Below, in pieces: positions 34,409-42,315 of a DNA stretch of 42,315 bases. A model generated the notes under the pieces. That model searched no databases and was not told where the DNA came from. It was given only the letters and a program-made list of their open reading frames with translations. A program made the position numbers and the translations under genes. The stretch is from a virus (Duplodnaviria; Caudoviricetes): IMG/VR virus record IMGVR_UViG_3300048574_000208, positions 1-42,315 of that record; one strand, 5' to 3'. How positions within the stretch are numbered: position 1 is the stretch's first letter; every line of letters begins with the position of its first letter.

Positions 34409-34740
34409 CCAAGACCAAGAAAGACAAGGTCCCGCTGCCGCACACCGTGACCCTGGTCGAACCGATCGAGGTCTTCGCCAACGGCAAGCCCTCCCACACC
34501 ATCGGCGAGGTCGAGATCAAGCGCCGGCCGAGGCTCAAGGACCTCAAGGCGGTCGCGGCGCAGCCCGACAAGATCGCCCAGAACCAGGTGGCGATCGAGC
34601 GGCTGAGCGGTCTCCCGAGGGCCGTGGTCGAGGAGATCGACATCGAGGACTTCGCGCGCATCATCGAGGTGATCGAGCCTTATTTCATGGTGGCGGGGGG
34701 CTCCGACGAGTCCTCCGCCGATGCGCCAGAAGCGTCCTGA
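34405..34740 (+). CDS. Tail assembly chaperone (Mu gp41 / P2 gpE-like)
   Basis: TLVEPI, RRPRLKDL, LSGLP...VEEID.EDF. Confidence 0.85.
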   Translation: MTKTKKDKVPLPHTVTLVEPIEVFANGKPSHTIGEVEIKRRPRLKDLKAVAAQPDKIAQNQVAIERLSGLPRAVVEEIDIEDFARIIEVIEPYFMVAGGSDESSADAPEAS

Positions 34741-34859
34741 CCATCGTGGCGGTCTTCGGGTGGCCGCCGTCTGAGTTCGACCGCCTCACCGAAGAAGAGC
34801 TGAAAACCTGGGCCGTCGTCGCGAAGCGGATGGCCAAGGCACGGCGAGGAGGGAAGTGA
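34695..34859 (+). CDS. -1 frameshift extension of the tail chaperone (gpE+E'-like)
   Basis: G GGG GGC heptamer at 34695-34701; -1 frame encodes FGWPPSEFDRLTEEELKTW and stops at TGA overlapping the tape-measure ATG. Confidence 0.7.
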   Translation, partial: GGLRRVLRRCARSVLTIVAVFGWPPSEFDRLTEEELKTWAVVAKRMAKARRGGK

Positions 34860-36526
34860 TGGCGAAGAAGCGCTCGTACGGCATCCAGCTCGTCATCACC
34901 GGCAAGAACCTCGCGAAAGCGACGCTGCAGGGGTTGGCCAAGGGCCTCCGCGCCCCGATCGACGCCGTCAAGAAGCTCGGCGCCGGCTTCGGATCGCTGG
35001 TCGAGAAGGTGCCGGGAATCTACCTCCTCGGCCGCGCCGTCGGCTCCGTCGCGCGCGAGACCGTCGCGCTCGTCCGCGGGCTCGGCGACTACGCGGGCGA
35101 CGTCATCGACCTGTCGGCGCGGACGGGGATTGGCACCGACCTCCTGCAGGAGTTCGGGTTCGCCGCGCAGAAGGTCGGCATCAACACCGAGCAATCATCG
35201 GCCGCCCTCCAGAAGTTCACGGCAACTCTCGGGAAAGGGGTCAACAGCAAGTCCCTGTTCTCGTCGCTGGGCCGCCAGACGGCAGGATTCGTCCGGGCCC
35301 TGAAGGCGGCGAAGTCGCCCACCGACCAGCTCGAGCTCGTGCTCGCGACGATGGCCAGCATCCCCGATGCGACGAAGCGCGCGGCCTTCGCGGTCAACTT
35401 CTTCGGCGAGAGCGGCGTCAAGTTCTCGGCGATGGCGGCCGACGGCGCCGAGGGTCTTCGGGCGCTCCGACGGGAGGCAGGGCTCCTGGGCAACCGTCTG
35501 TCCCAGGATGACCTCAAGCTCGCAGACGAGTTCGGCGACAAGTGGGAGTCGCTGACGATGGCCTTCGAGGGCACGAAGCGGGACTTCGGCATGGGGCTCA
35601 TCGAGGGCCTGACGCCCGGGCTCGAAGAGCTCCTGAAGTACGTGAAGGAGAACCGGAAGGAGGTCGGGGCGTTCCTGCGTGACCTCGGCAAGAGCGTTGG
35701 GACCGGCATCGTGGACGCGGCCAAGGGGATCGTCTCGGCCGTGAAGTGGATCGTCGCCAACAAGGACACCATCATCGACGTGATGAAGTGGGTTGGGATT
35801 GGTGTTGCCGCTCTGCTCGGTCTCTCTGCCCTGAGCGGGATTCTCGCGGTGCTGGCCAAGGCACCGTTCTTCGCCGCCCTCAGCGCGGCCGTCGCAGGGG
35901 TGAAGTGGCTCTTGGCCACGGGCGCGAAGGGCTTCGTCCCAGGCTGGGGCAAGGGCGCTCCCGCCGCGAGTGCTGCCGGCGCTGGGGCACGAGGTGCCGC
36001 AACAGCTGCGACGGTGGGGCGCCTCGGCACGATGGGCCTCGCGGGTGCGGTCGCCGGTCCCGCCGCCGCTGCGCTGCTGCTCAACCCGACGGACATGGAG
36101 CAGGACAGCCAGGACGACGCCAGGCGCATCGCGGAGAAGCGGTGGGGGCCCGGACTCGCCCGCCTCGGGATGAGTCTGGACAGCCCAGGTATGCCGCATA
36201 TCGACCCACTGATCTTCGCCGAGAATCGGGAGGGCGACCGCAACATCATCGAGGGGTGGTCCAAAATGGGCTCCGCGCTCGCCGTGGCCGACATCGTGAA
36301 TGCAGGTGGCTTCGAGGGCCTTATGCGCAAGGCCATGGGCCCTGTCCTCGATTGGGGCGGTGGGGCCAAGTCGGAGGTCGAGGTCAAGGTGGTGGTCGAG
36401 GACCGCAGCGGCGCGACCGACGGCGCTCCGGAGGTAAAGGCGGCCGGCGCCGTGCAGGTGAAAGCCGAGACGCGCGGGGCAACCGGTCGCAGGGCCCAGA
36501 GCTACGCGGAAGGAGGCGGACCATGA
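34859..36526 (+). CDS. Tape measure protein, 555 aa
   Basis: Ala/Gly-rich helical; DLSARTGI.TD.LQE..FAA, R.AFA...FGESG; position after chaperone. Confidence 0.88.
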   Translation: MAKKRSYGIQLVITGKNLAKATLQGLAKGLRAPIDAVKKLGAGFGSLVEKVPGIYLLGRAVGSVARETVALVRGLGDYAGDVIDLSARTGIGTDLLQEFGFAAQKVGINTEQSSAALQKFTATLGKGVNSKSLFSSLGRQTAGFVRALKAAKSPTDQLELVLATMASIPDATKRAAFAVNFFGESGVKFSAMAADGAEGLRALRREAGLLGNRLSQDDLKLADEFGDKWESLTMAFEGTKRDFGMGLIEGLTPGLEELLKYVKENRKEVGAFLRDLGKSVGTGIVDAAKGIVSAVKWIVANKDTIIDVMKWVGIGVAALLGLSALSGILAVLAKAPFFAALSAAVAGVKWLLATGAKGFVPGWGKGAPAASAAGAGARGAATAATVGRLGTMGLAGAVAGPAAAALLLNPTDMEQDSQDDARRIAEKRWGPGLARLGMSLDSPGMPHIDPLIFAENREGDRNIIEGWSKMGSALAVADIVNAGGFEGLMRKAMGPVLDWGGGAKSEVEVKVVVEDRSGATDGAPEVKAAGAVQVKAETRGATGRRAQSYAEGGGP

Positions 36527-37608
36527 GCTGGCGTGACGAGCTGCGCCCGGCCGCCTTCCGCGGCGTGCCGTTCGAGATCGTCGAGCTCGGCGGATCGAGC
36601 GGGCGGCGAGTCGTCGCCGACGAGCTCCCGGAGACGGATGAGCTCCCGCCGACGCAGGACCTCGGCCGCGTCCGGCCGGAGTACAAGATCCGGGGCTTCG
36701 TCTCGGGCCTCGACTACCTCGACAAGCGCGACGCGATCATCGCCGCGCTGAACGCGCCCGGCCCCGGCGAGCTCGTGCATCCGTGGCGGGGCCGCATGGT
36801 CGTGCAGGTCCGCGCGCCGGTGACGTGGACTCACGACTCCAAGGGCGGCGCGTGCGTCATCGACTTCGAGTGCGTACTCCACGGCGGGGCCGCCGCGCCC
36901 TTCGTCGAGGTGGTTCCGGTCGTCCAGGCGCAGGCCGCGGCCACGGCTGCAACGGCCCGTGCCGTCGCCGTCTATGGCGCGCGCGGTGCGGGTTCGAGCA
37001 CGCTCACGGAGGCCCTCCAGTTCCGGACTCTCGTGCGGTTCCCGGGCGGGCAGCTACTCACGCCGAGCGCATGGGGTGTCGACTTCGCCGAGGCGTTCGC
37101 CGAGCTGCTGCAGCTCACGGACGACATCCGGGGTCTGCTGGCCTACGTCGCGTCGCTGGCGGCCACCACCCGTGCAGGCTCGTCCGCGCTTGGCGAGGCG
37201 GACGCCGAGGCTCGGCAGGCCATCAACGACGGGATGCGACTGATCGCCCTCGTGCGCGCCGTCGAGCTGACGCTCGCCGCACCCTACGCGAGCGCTGACG
37301 CTGCGGAGAGCGTGGCGTCCGCCACGGCGACGCTGCTCGCGGACTGGCAAGCGGGCATCACGGACGAGGCCCTGTTCCTGTCTCTGGGAGAGCTGCAGGC
37401 CGGGGTGGTCGACACGCTTACCGACGTCGCCGCGAGACTGCCGCGCGAGCGGGAGCTCCACGTCTCGGTGCCGACGCCTGCCATCGTTCTCGCGTTCGAC
37501 ACCTATGGTCCGCTGCGGCTCCTGGCTCGCGAGGCGGAGCTCGTCGCGCTCAACGGTATCGGTCACCCCGGCTTCGTCGCCGGCCGGCTCAAGGTGCTGT
37601 CCCGATGA
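36523..37608 (+). CDS. Mu gpN-like DNA circularisation / tail initiator protein
   Basis: MSWRDELRPAAFRGVPF, QDLGR, GPGELVHPW.G, N.I.HPGFV. Confidence 0.92.
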   Translation: MSWRDELRPAAFRGVPFEIVELGGSSGRRVVADELPETDELPPTQDLGRVRPEYKIRGFVSGLDYLDKRDAIIAALNAPGPGELVHPWRGRMVVQVRAPVTWTHDSKGGACVIDFECVLHGGAAAPFVEVVPVVQAQAAATAATARAVAVYGARGAGSSTLTEALQFRTLVRFPGGQLLTPSAWGVDFAEAFAELLQLTDDIRGLLAYVASLAATTRAGSSALGEADAEARQAINDGMRLIALVRAVELTLAAPYASADAAESVASATATLLADWQAGITDEALFLSLGELQAGVVDTLTDVAARLPRERELHVSVPTPAIVLAFDTYGPLRLLAREAELVALNGIGHPGFVAGRLKVLSR

Positions 37609-38681
37609 CCACCGAGGATGCCGACCGCGTCGTTTTGCGGGTCCGCGACAAGGCGTTCTTCGGGTGGACGAGCGTGGAGATCCGCGAGTCGCTCGAGGAG
37701 GTCGCGACCTCTGCCGCGGTCGCTGTCGTCGGAGTCTATGCGACGGGGGCGGGCTTTGTCCGAGAGGACGACGACATCGAGCTGAGGGTCGGCGACGAGG
37801 TCGTGATGACCGGAGTGATCGACGACCTCGACCTGGGCGGCGACGCCGAGACCCAGACCGCCCACCTCGCGGGCCGCTCTCGGACGCGAGAGGCGGTGGA
37901 CTGCTCAGCGCCTGCGGGCTCTTGGTCGGCGCCACTGCTCAAAGTCGCGCAGGAGCTCGTGAGGGACTACGGCCTCGACGTGGTCGACGAGTGTGGCGTG
38001 GGCGGGCGCATGGTGAGACACCGGACCGAGCTCGGGGAGAAGGTCTTCGATGCGCTGGATCGCCTCGCGCGCGATAACGAGTGCATGGTCACCGACGACG
38101 CCCAGGGTCGGGTGGTGCTCACACAGGCCGGCCGCGGTGGGACCGGTGCCAGGATCGAGCGAGGGCGCGCAGGCTTCCTCAAGGGCAACGCGCGGCGGTC
38201 GTGTGCGGAGCGCTACTCGGAGGTGATCTGCCAGGGGCAGTCGATCGGCGACGCCGAGGTCGAGGTCGCAGCCCAGGGCGCCGCCATCGATGTCGGTGTG
38301 CGACGGACCCGACGGCTCATCATCCGGCCCGAGCGCGGCGTATCGAAGGCGGCCGCGGCGCGGCGCGCCCGGTGGGAGGTGGCGACGCGCGCGGCGAAGG
38401 CGCTCGAGTACACCTGCACGATGCGGGGCTGGCGTGACAGCGAGGGCCGGCGATGGCGCAAGAACACGCTGGTGACCGTGCGCGACCCTTTCGCGGGGGT
38501 TTGGGATGCGGTGCTCCTCGTGGTCGACGTGTCGCTCAAGCTCACAGCGCAGGAGGGTCGCACGGCCGAGCTGAGGCTCGTGCCTCCGGAGGCCTACGCC
38601 GCCGAGCCCAAGGCACGGCTCGAGGTGAGCCAGTACGACTACGTCCCGCCCGAGAGCACCGCGCCAGAGAGGGAAGAATGA
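37605..38681 (+). CDS. Baseplate hub (Mu gpP/gp44-like)
   Basis: GWTSVEI..S.E, GRSRT...VDCS, GE.VF..L.RLAR, ERYSE, RARWE, GWR. Confidence 0.9.
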   Translation: MTTEDADRVVLRVRDKAFFGWTSVEIRESLEEVATSAAVAVVGVYATGAGFVREDDDIELRVGDEVVMTGVIDDLDLGGDAETQTAHLAGRSRTREAVDCSAPAGSWSAPLLKVAQELVRDYGLDVVDECGVGGRMVRHRTELGEKVFDALDRLARDNECMVTDDAQGRVVLTQAGRGGTGARIERGRAGFLKGNARRSCAERYSEVICQGQSIGDAEVEVAAQGAAIDVGVRRTRRLIIRPERGVSKAAAARRARWEVATRAAKALEYTCTMRGWRDSEGRRWRKNTLVTVRDPFAGVWDAVLLVVDVSLKLTAQEGRTAELRLVPPEAYAAEPKARLEVSQYDYVPPESTAPEREE

Positions 38682-39181
38682 GCCGATGGTGGAATAGCCT
38701 CGGGGGCCTGCTGAGCTGGGCCCGGATCGCACGCTCGCGCGCGAGCGCGGGGTCGGTGGGGAAGGTCCAGACCCGAGCCCACCAGGACGACGAGCTGCAG
38801 CACTGGCAGCCCTACGGCTTCCAGTCCCGCCCGAAGCCCGACGCCGTCGCGGTGCTCGCGGCGATCGGCGGACAGGCCGACCAGCAGATCGCCCTCCTCG
38901 TCGGCGACCGCCGATACACGCTCGCGCTCGAAGAGGGCGAGGTGGCGATGGCCGACGACCTCGGCAACAAGGTCCACCTGACCCGCACGGGGATCGTCGT
39001 GGTCGCCAACGTCGTGACCGTGCAGAGCCCGGACGTGCGCCTCGGGAGCGGTCCGACGTACCGTCAGCCCATTTGTGTCGGTGACTCGATCACGGGCCTC
39101 GTGGCACCGCTTGGCGGCGGCGCCGTTACGGGGACGATCGGCACCGCGGCCCCTGGCTCGTCACACGTGACCGTGTCCTGA
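38678..39181 (+). CDS. Baseplate spike (Mu gp45 / gpV-like)
   Basis: QPYGFQSRP, DRRY, L.EGEVA..DD.G..V.L. Confidence 0.85.
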   Translation: MSRWWNSLGGLLSWARIARSRASAGSVGKVQTRAHQDDELQHWQPYGFQSRPKPDAVAVLAAIGGQADQQIALLVGDRRYTLALEEGEVAMADDLGNKVHLTRTGIVVVANVVTVQSPDVRLGSGPTYRQPICVGDSITGLVAPLGGGAVTGTIGTAAPGSSHVTVS

Positions 39182-39201
39182 AGGTCGCGTCAGCGGCGTG
39201 A

Positions 39202-39480
39202 CTACGCAGCGTCGATCACACGCTGCCGCTTGGCGTTGTACTCGTCCTCGGTGAGCACGCCCGAATCCCTGAGAGAGGTGAGCTCGGCCAGGCGCTGCTC
39301 GAGAGGATGCGTCTTGATTCGCCGCGACTTGAGCATCGCAACGACCGGCACACCGAGCGCGCCCAACGCAAGCCCGAAGAGGACGCCTTCGGACATCCGG
39401 TCCTTGTGTCGGCCCAAGACCGCGCACACGACGAACGACACCGCGTGCACGCCCACGAAGATAGCTGTGATGTTGTCCAT
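39202..39480 (-). CDS. Two-TM membrane protein with C-terminal SHOCT domain (moron)
   Basis: Two hydrophobic helices; LAELTSLRDSGVLTEDEYNAKRQRVI SHOCT motif; antisense within the baseplate operon. Confidence 0.75.
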   Translation of the reverse strand: MDNITAIFVGVHAVSFVVCAVLGRHKDRMSEGVLFGLALGALGVPVVAMLKSRRIKTHPLEQRLAELTSLRDSGVLTEDEYNAKRQRVIDAA

Positions 39481-39567
39481 GGTGGGCACGATACCACCCG
39501 GCCCGCCTTGTGCGCGAGACATGGCGCCCCCCTGCATCCGCACCCGCGTGACCGCTACATCGACGGT

Positions 39568-40047
39568 GTGAGCTTCACGCCGCCCAGCATCCACGACCTG
39601 GCTCAGGTCACCTCGCTGCTGCCCTACACGGCGGCTGGGGCCCGCGCGGTGACCGCCGGCCGGGAGGTCTTCGAGTTCATCGGCGGCGACCTGGTCGACG
39701 ACTCCATCCAGGAGCTCGTCACTATGTCGCTCTTCACCTGGCGACTCGCGCGGGACGGTGACCCTGTTCCGCCCGAGGGTCGGCAGGGATGGTTTGCGGA
39801 CGCGGAGATGGGGTCGCGCTTGTATCTCCTGCAGCGGGCCAAGCTCTCGCCTGAGACGCTGGCGGACGCGAAGGCCTACGCCGAGGAGGCGCTCGCCTGG
39901 CTCGTCGAGGAGGGGATCGTCTCGAAGGTCCGGGCCGTCGCGAGCTTCATCGGCAAGGGTCGTCGCGGCCTCGAGCTGGCCATCGGCCTGACGCCGCCGA
40001 CCGGCGCCGAGGCCGTGATCCGCTATGCCTACCTCCTGGAGTCCTGA
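39568..40047 (+). CDS. Baseplate protein (Mu gp46-like)
   Basis: SLFT, GWFAD, GSRLYLL.RAK, YAEEALAWLVEEG; start approximate. Confidence 0.88.
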   Translation: MSFTPPSIHDLAQVTSLLPYTAAGARAVTAGREVFEFIGGDLVDDSIQELVTMSLFTWRLARDGDPVPPEGRQGWFADAEMGSRLYLLQRAKLSPETLADAKAYAEEALAWLVEEGIVSKVRAVASFIGKGRRGLELAIGLTPPTGAEAVIRYAYLLES

Positions 40048-40049
40048 CG

Positions 40050-41129
40050 ATGGCGTTCACCAGACCGAGCTATGACGCGCTCGTCGCCAGGGTGGCGAGC
40101 GACATGCGGACCCAGCTCGTCATCGCAGGCAAGCGGGCGGACACGCTGCTCAGGCGCTCGAAGATGTGGGTGCTCTCGCGGGTCTACGCGGCGATCTACC
40201 ATGTCCTCTACGGGCTGCTCGAGTGGCTCTCGCTTCAGATCCTGCCCTCGACGTCCACGGACCTCGACTATCTGCGGGCCTTCGCTGCGACCTACGGGAT
40301 CTTCCCAAAGCCCGCGACCCGGGCCACAGGCACGGTGACGTTCTACGGCGCGAACGACACGCTCATCCCGACGGGCTCGACCTTCGTGCGCGACGACGGC
40401 GTGACCTACGCGACCGTCGAAGACGGCACCATCGTGGCAGGGACGGCGATCGTCGAAGCCCAGGCCGATGAGGTCGGGTCCGCCGGCAACATGGGTTCCG
40501 GGACCATCCTGTCTCTGTCCTCGCCGATCGCCGGTATCGACACCCCCGTCGAATGGACGAGCAGCTTCGACGACGGCACCGACGACGAGACGCTCGAGGA
40601 GCTGCGCACCCGCCTCCTGGCGACGATCGCGCGCGTGCCTCACGGCGGCGCCATCGGAGATTATGAGACGTGGGCCCTCGAATATCCGGGGGTCTATCGG
40701 GCACTCGCGATCGCTGCTGCGCGAGGCGCTGGCACCGTCGACCTCTACTTCCTGCACACGGGCGGCACGGGGATCGGCATCCCGACGAGCGGGCAGATCA
40801 CCGACCTGACGACCTACATGAATGGGCCTGGCCGTCGGCCTGTGACCGTGGATCTCGAGGTCAAGGCCCCTGTCGAGGTGGCGGTCGCCTTCACCTTCGG
40901 CGCGCTCGAGCCCGACACGGGCGATGTGCGCGACGGGATCGAGGCGGTGCTCGAGGACCTGTTCGCCTCGGTCGCGCTCGTGAGGACCGAGCTGTACCCG
41001 AGCGACTTCTACGCGGCCCTGGCGCTGGTCGAGTCGCTGACCGGGTTCGACCTCGACGTGCCGGCGGCCTCGGTCACCTGCGACCCGGGCGAGGTGCTCG
41101 TGCTGGGGACGATCACGTGGCCAAGCTGA
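40050..41129 (+). CDS. Baseplate J-like protein (Mu gp47)
   Basis: F.RPS, QILPST, K.AT.A.G, G..GN, G.D.E..E.LR.R, HGG...DYE.WA, GAGTV. Confidence 0.92.
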   Translation: MAFTRPSYDALVARVASDMRTQLVIAGKRADTLLRRSKMWVLSRVYAAIYHVLYGLLEWLSLQILPSTSTDLDYLRAFAATYGIFPKPATRATGTVTFYGANDTLIPTGSTFVRDDGVTYATVEDGTIVAGTAIVEAQADEVGSAGNMGSGTILSLSSPIAGIDTPVEWTSSFDDGTDDETLEELRTRLLATIARVPHGGAIGDYETWALEYPGVYRALAIAAARGAGTVDLYFLHTGGTGIGIPTSGQITDLTTYMNGPGRRPVTVDLEVKAPVEVAVAFTFGALEPDTGDVRDGIEAVLEDLFASVALVRTELYPSDFYAALALVESLTGFDLDVPAASVTCDPGEVLVLGTITWPS

Positions 41130-41695
41130 CCGAGCTCGACGAAGAGGCGGTCGACTACCGCGACCTGGTCGCGGCGTTGTTGCCGCGTGGACCTCTGTGG
41201 TCGCTCGACAACCCGGGCGTGCGTGGTGTCGCGTCGGGCCTGGGTATCGAGGGCGTGCGGTTCCACAATCGCGCCGTCGACCTCATGCGAGAGGCGGTCC
41301 CAGGCACGGCGGTCGAGACGCTCGACGAGTGGGAGAAGGTCTTCGGCCTCCCACTGCCGGGCTTCGTCCCGAGCACTCTCTCGGAGCGCCAGGCTGCCTT
41401 GAGTGGGCGGGTCGCTGCTCGCGGCGGGCAGGACCCGCACTACTACATCGAGCTCGCACGGCGCGTGCTCGGCGACCCCGAGGCCGATGTCCAGGTCGTC
41501 GAGTGGCCCTACGGCAAGCCGTTTCGCGTCAGCCTCTCAGCGGTCGGTGACCCGCTGAACGGCGCGGGCGCGATGTTCTACTGGCGGCTCGTGCTGCCAG
41601 CCGGTTCGACCTCGGCCCAGGTCGAGACGGTCGAGGCGCTGCTCGCGCTCTACAAGCCGGGCCACACCATCGTCGAAGTCACCGTCGGAGTCTGA
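41117..41695 (+). CDS. Baseplate wedge (Mu gp48 / YmfQ, DUF2313)
   Basis: LLPRGPLW, L.EWE...GLP, ERQ, GGQ...YYI.LA, KPGHT. Confidence 0.88.
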   Translation: MAKLTELDEEAVDYRDLVAALLPRGPLWSLDNPGVRGVASGLGIEGVRFHNRAVDLMREAVPGTAVETLDEWEKVFGLPLPGFVPSTLSERQAALSGRVAARGGQDPHYYIELARRVLGDPEADVQVVEWPYGKPFRVSLSAVGDPLNGAGAMFYWRLVLPAGSTSAQVETVEALLALYKPGHTIVEVTVGV

Positions 41696-41696
41696 G

Positions 41697-42315
41697 ATGG
41701 CCTACAAGACCGACGCCCCCAACAGTGTCCCTGTGATGCCCACCCCTGGCCCGGCCGGTACGCCTGGGTGGTTCACGGAGGGCCCTCCCGCCACCATCCT
41801 GGATGCGGACTTCGCCAACATGGTGCAGGCCGAGCTGTGCAACGCGGCCGAGCTCGTAGACACGCTCGACAAGACCGACCACACCCAGGTCGCCCGAGCT
41901 ATTCAGGCCGCCGTCTTTGGGTCGGCGGTCTTCGTCGCCGGGTGCACCAACGAGCACACCAACGCCGTCGCGGTGTCCGAGAACAGCGGTGCGTTCGGAG
42001 ATCGGTCCTTTGTCGCCGCCGCCCTCGAAACCAGCGTCGAGGCCGACATATCGGGAACCCTGGGCACCCAGGGGGTGACGATGGACTCGACCTCAAATCG
42101 CTGCGCAGCGATGGCGGCCAAGAACACCGCCTTCACCCAGGCCGTCCTCAGCGCGGCGCTCGCGTCGGACACTGATACGCTCGACCAAACGACCGGGTCG
42201 GCGGTCATCGCCGGCAACAGCAACCTGATCCAGTACGGAACGAATCATCTGATCGCGGCCGGCGACTCAAACCTGATCCAGGTGCTCGTCGGTGGTGCGA
42301 TCATCGCGTCGCACG
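41697..42315 (+). CDS. Tail fibre protein, 5' part (continues into 1-1101)
   Basis: GWFTEG.PATIL.ADF.NMVQ.EL.N....LDK....Q...AI, a Mu/P2-type fibre N-terminus; open to the window end. Confidence 0.85.
   Translation, partial: MAYKTDAPNSVPVMPTPGPAGTPGWFTEGPPATILDADFANMVQAELCNAAELVDTLDKTDHTQVARAIQAAVFGSAVFVAGCTNEHTNAVAVSENSGAFGDRSFVAAALETSVEADISGTLGTQGVTMDSTSNRCAAMAAKNTAFTQAVLSAALASDTDTLDQTTGSAVIAGNSNLIQYGTNHLIAAGDSNLIQVLVGGAIIASH
42114..42315 (+). repeat. Terminal direct repeat, copy 2
   Basis: Matches 1-202 with one mismatch. Confidence 0.95.

Larger units (their letters stand above)
1..42315. mobile_element. Complete temperate tailed phage genome (lambda-like head, Mu-like contractile tail), circularly permuted, unit length about 42,113 bp
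   Basis: Packaging, head, tail, lysis, integration, immunity and replication modules all present; no host genes recognised; 202-bp terminal overlap; intact attP-like site. Confidence 0.93.

Noticed and set aside
32512-41695. Mu-like transposable phage or tailocin
   Set aside because: No transposase A/B; head, terminase and tyrosine integrase genes are present, so only the tail module is Mu-like

Overview
This window looks like one complete, circularly permuted temperate phage genome of about 42,113 bp. Positions 1-202 repeat 42114-42315 with one mismatch, and the tail-fibre ORF reads in frame across the join. It is very GC-rich (roughly 70% by eye) and rich in TCGA words, so I infer a GC-rich Gram-negative host, possibly Myxococcota; this is not established. 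The head and packaging module is lambda-like (cosQ-like site, Nu1/gpA terminase, gpW, portal, fused protease-capsid). It is joined to a Mu-like contractile tail and baseplate and a tail fibre ending in a Peptidase_G2-type chaperone. The lysis region has a GH25 endolysin with a DNA methyltransferase embedded behind it. A tyrosine integrase sits beside an attP core copying the 3' half of tRNA-Thr(CGT). A leftward early operon carries ERF, MT-A70, DUF5131, a DnaA_N-bearing replication protein and a C5 methyltransferase, and a cI/cro switch has four 17-bp operators. The three best leads for new biology are: (1) an immunity operon in which cI seems to lack autocleavage residues and is followed by a membrane-anchored WYL-TerB protein and an ImmA/IrrE-like protease; (2) a strongly promoted two-gene cassette beside attP (very acidic protein plus RHH-like regulator, with GACCACA repeats) resembling acr-aca anti-defence loci; (3) a strand-specific multi-hairpin RNA element in the early operon. 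All family assignments come from motif recognition by eye; no database searches were run.
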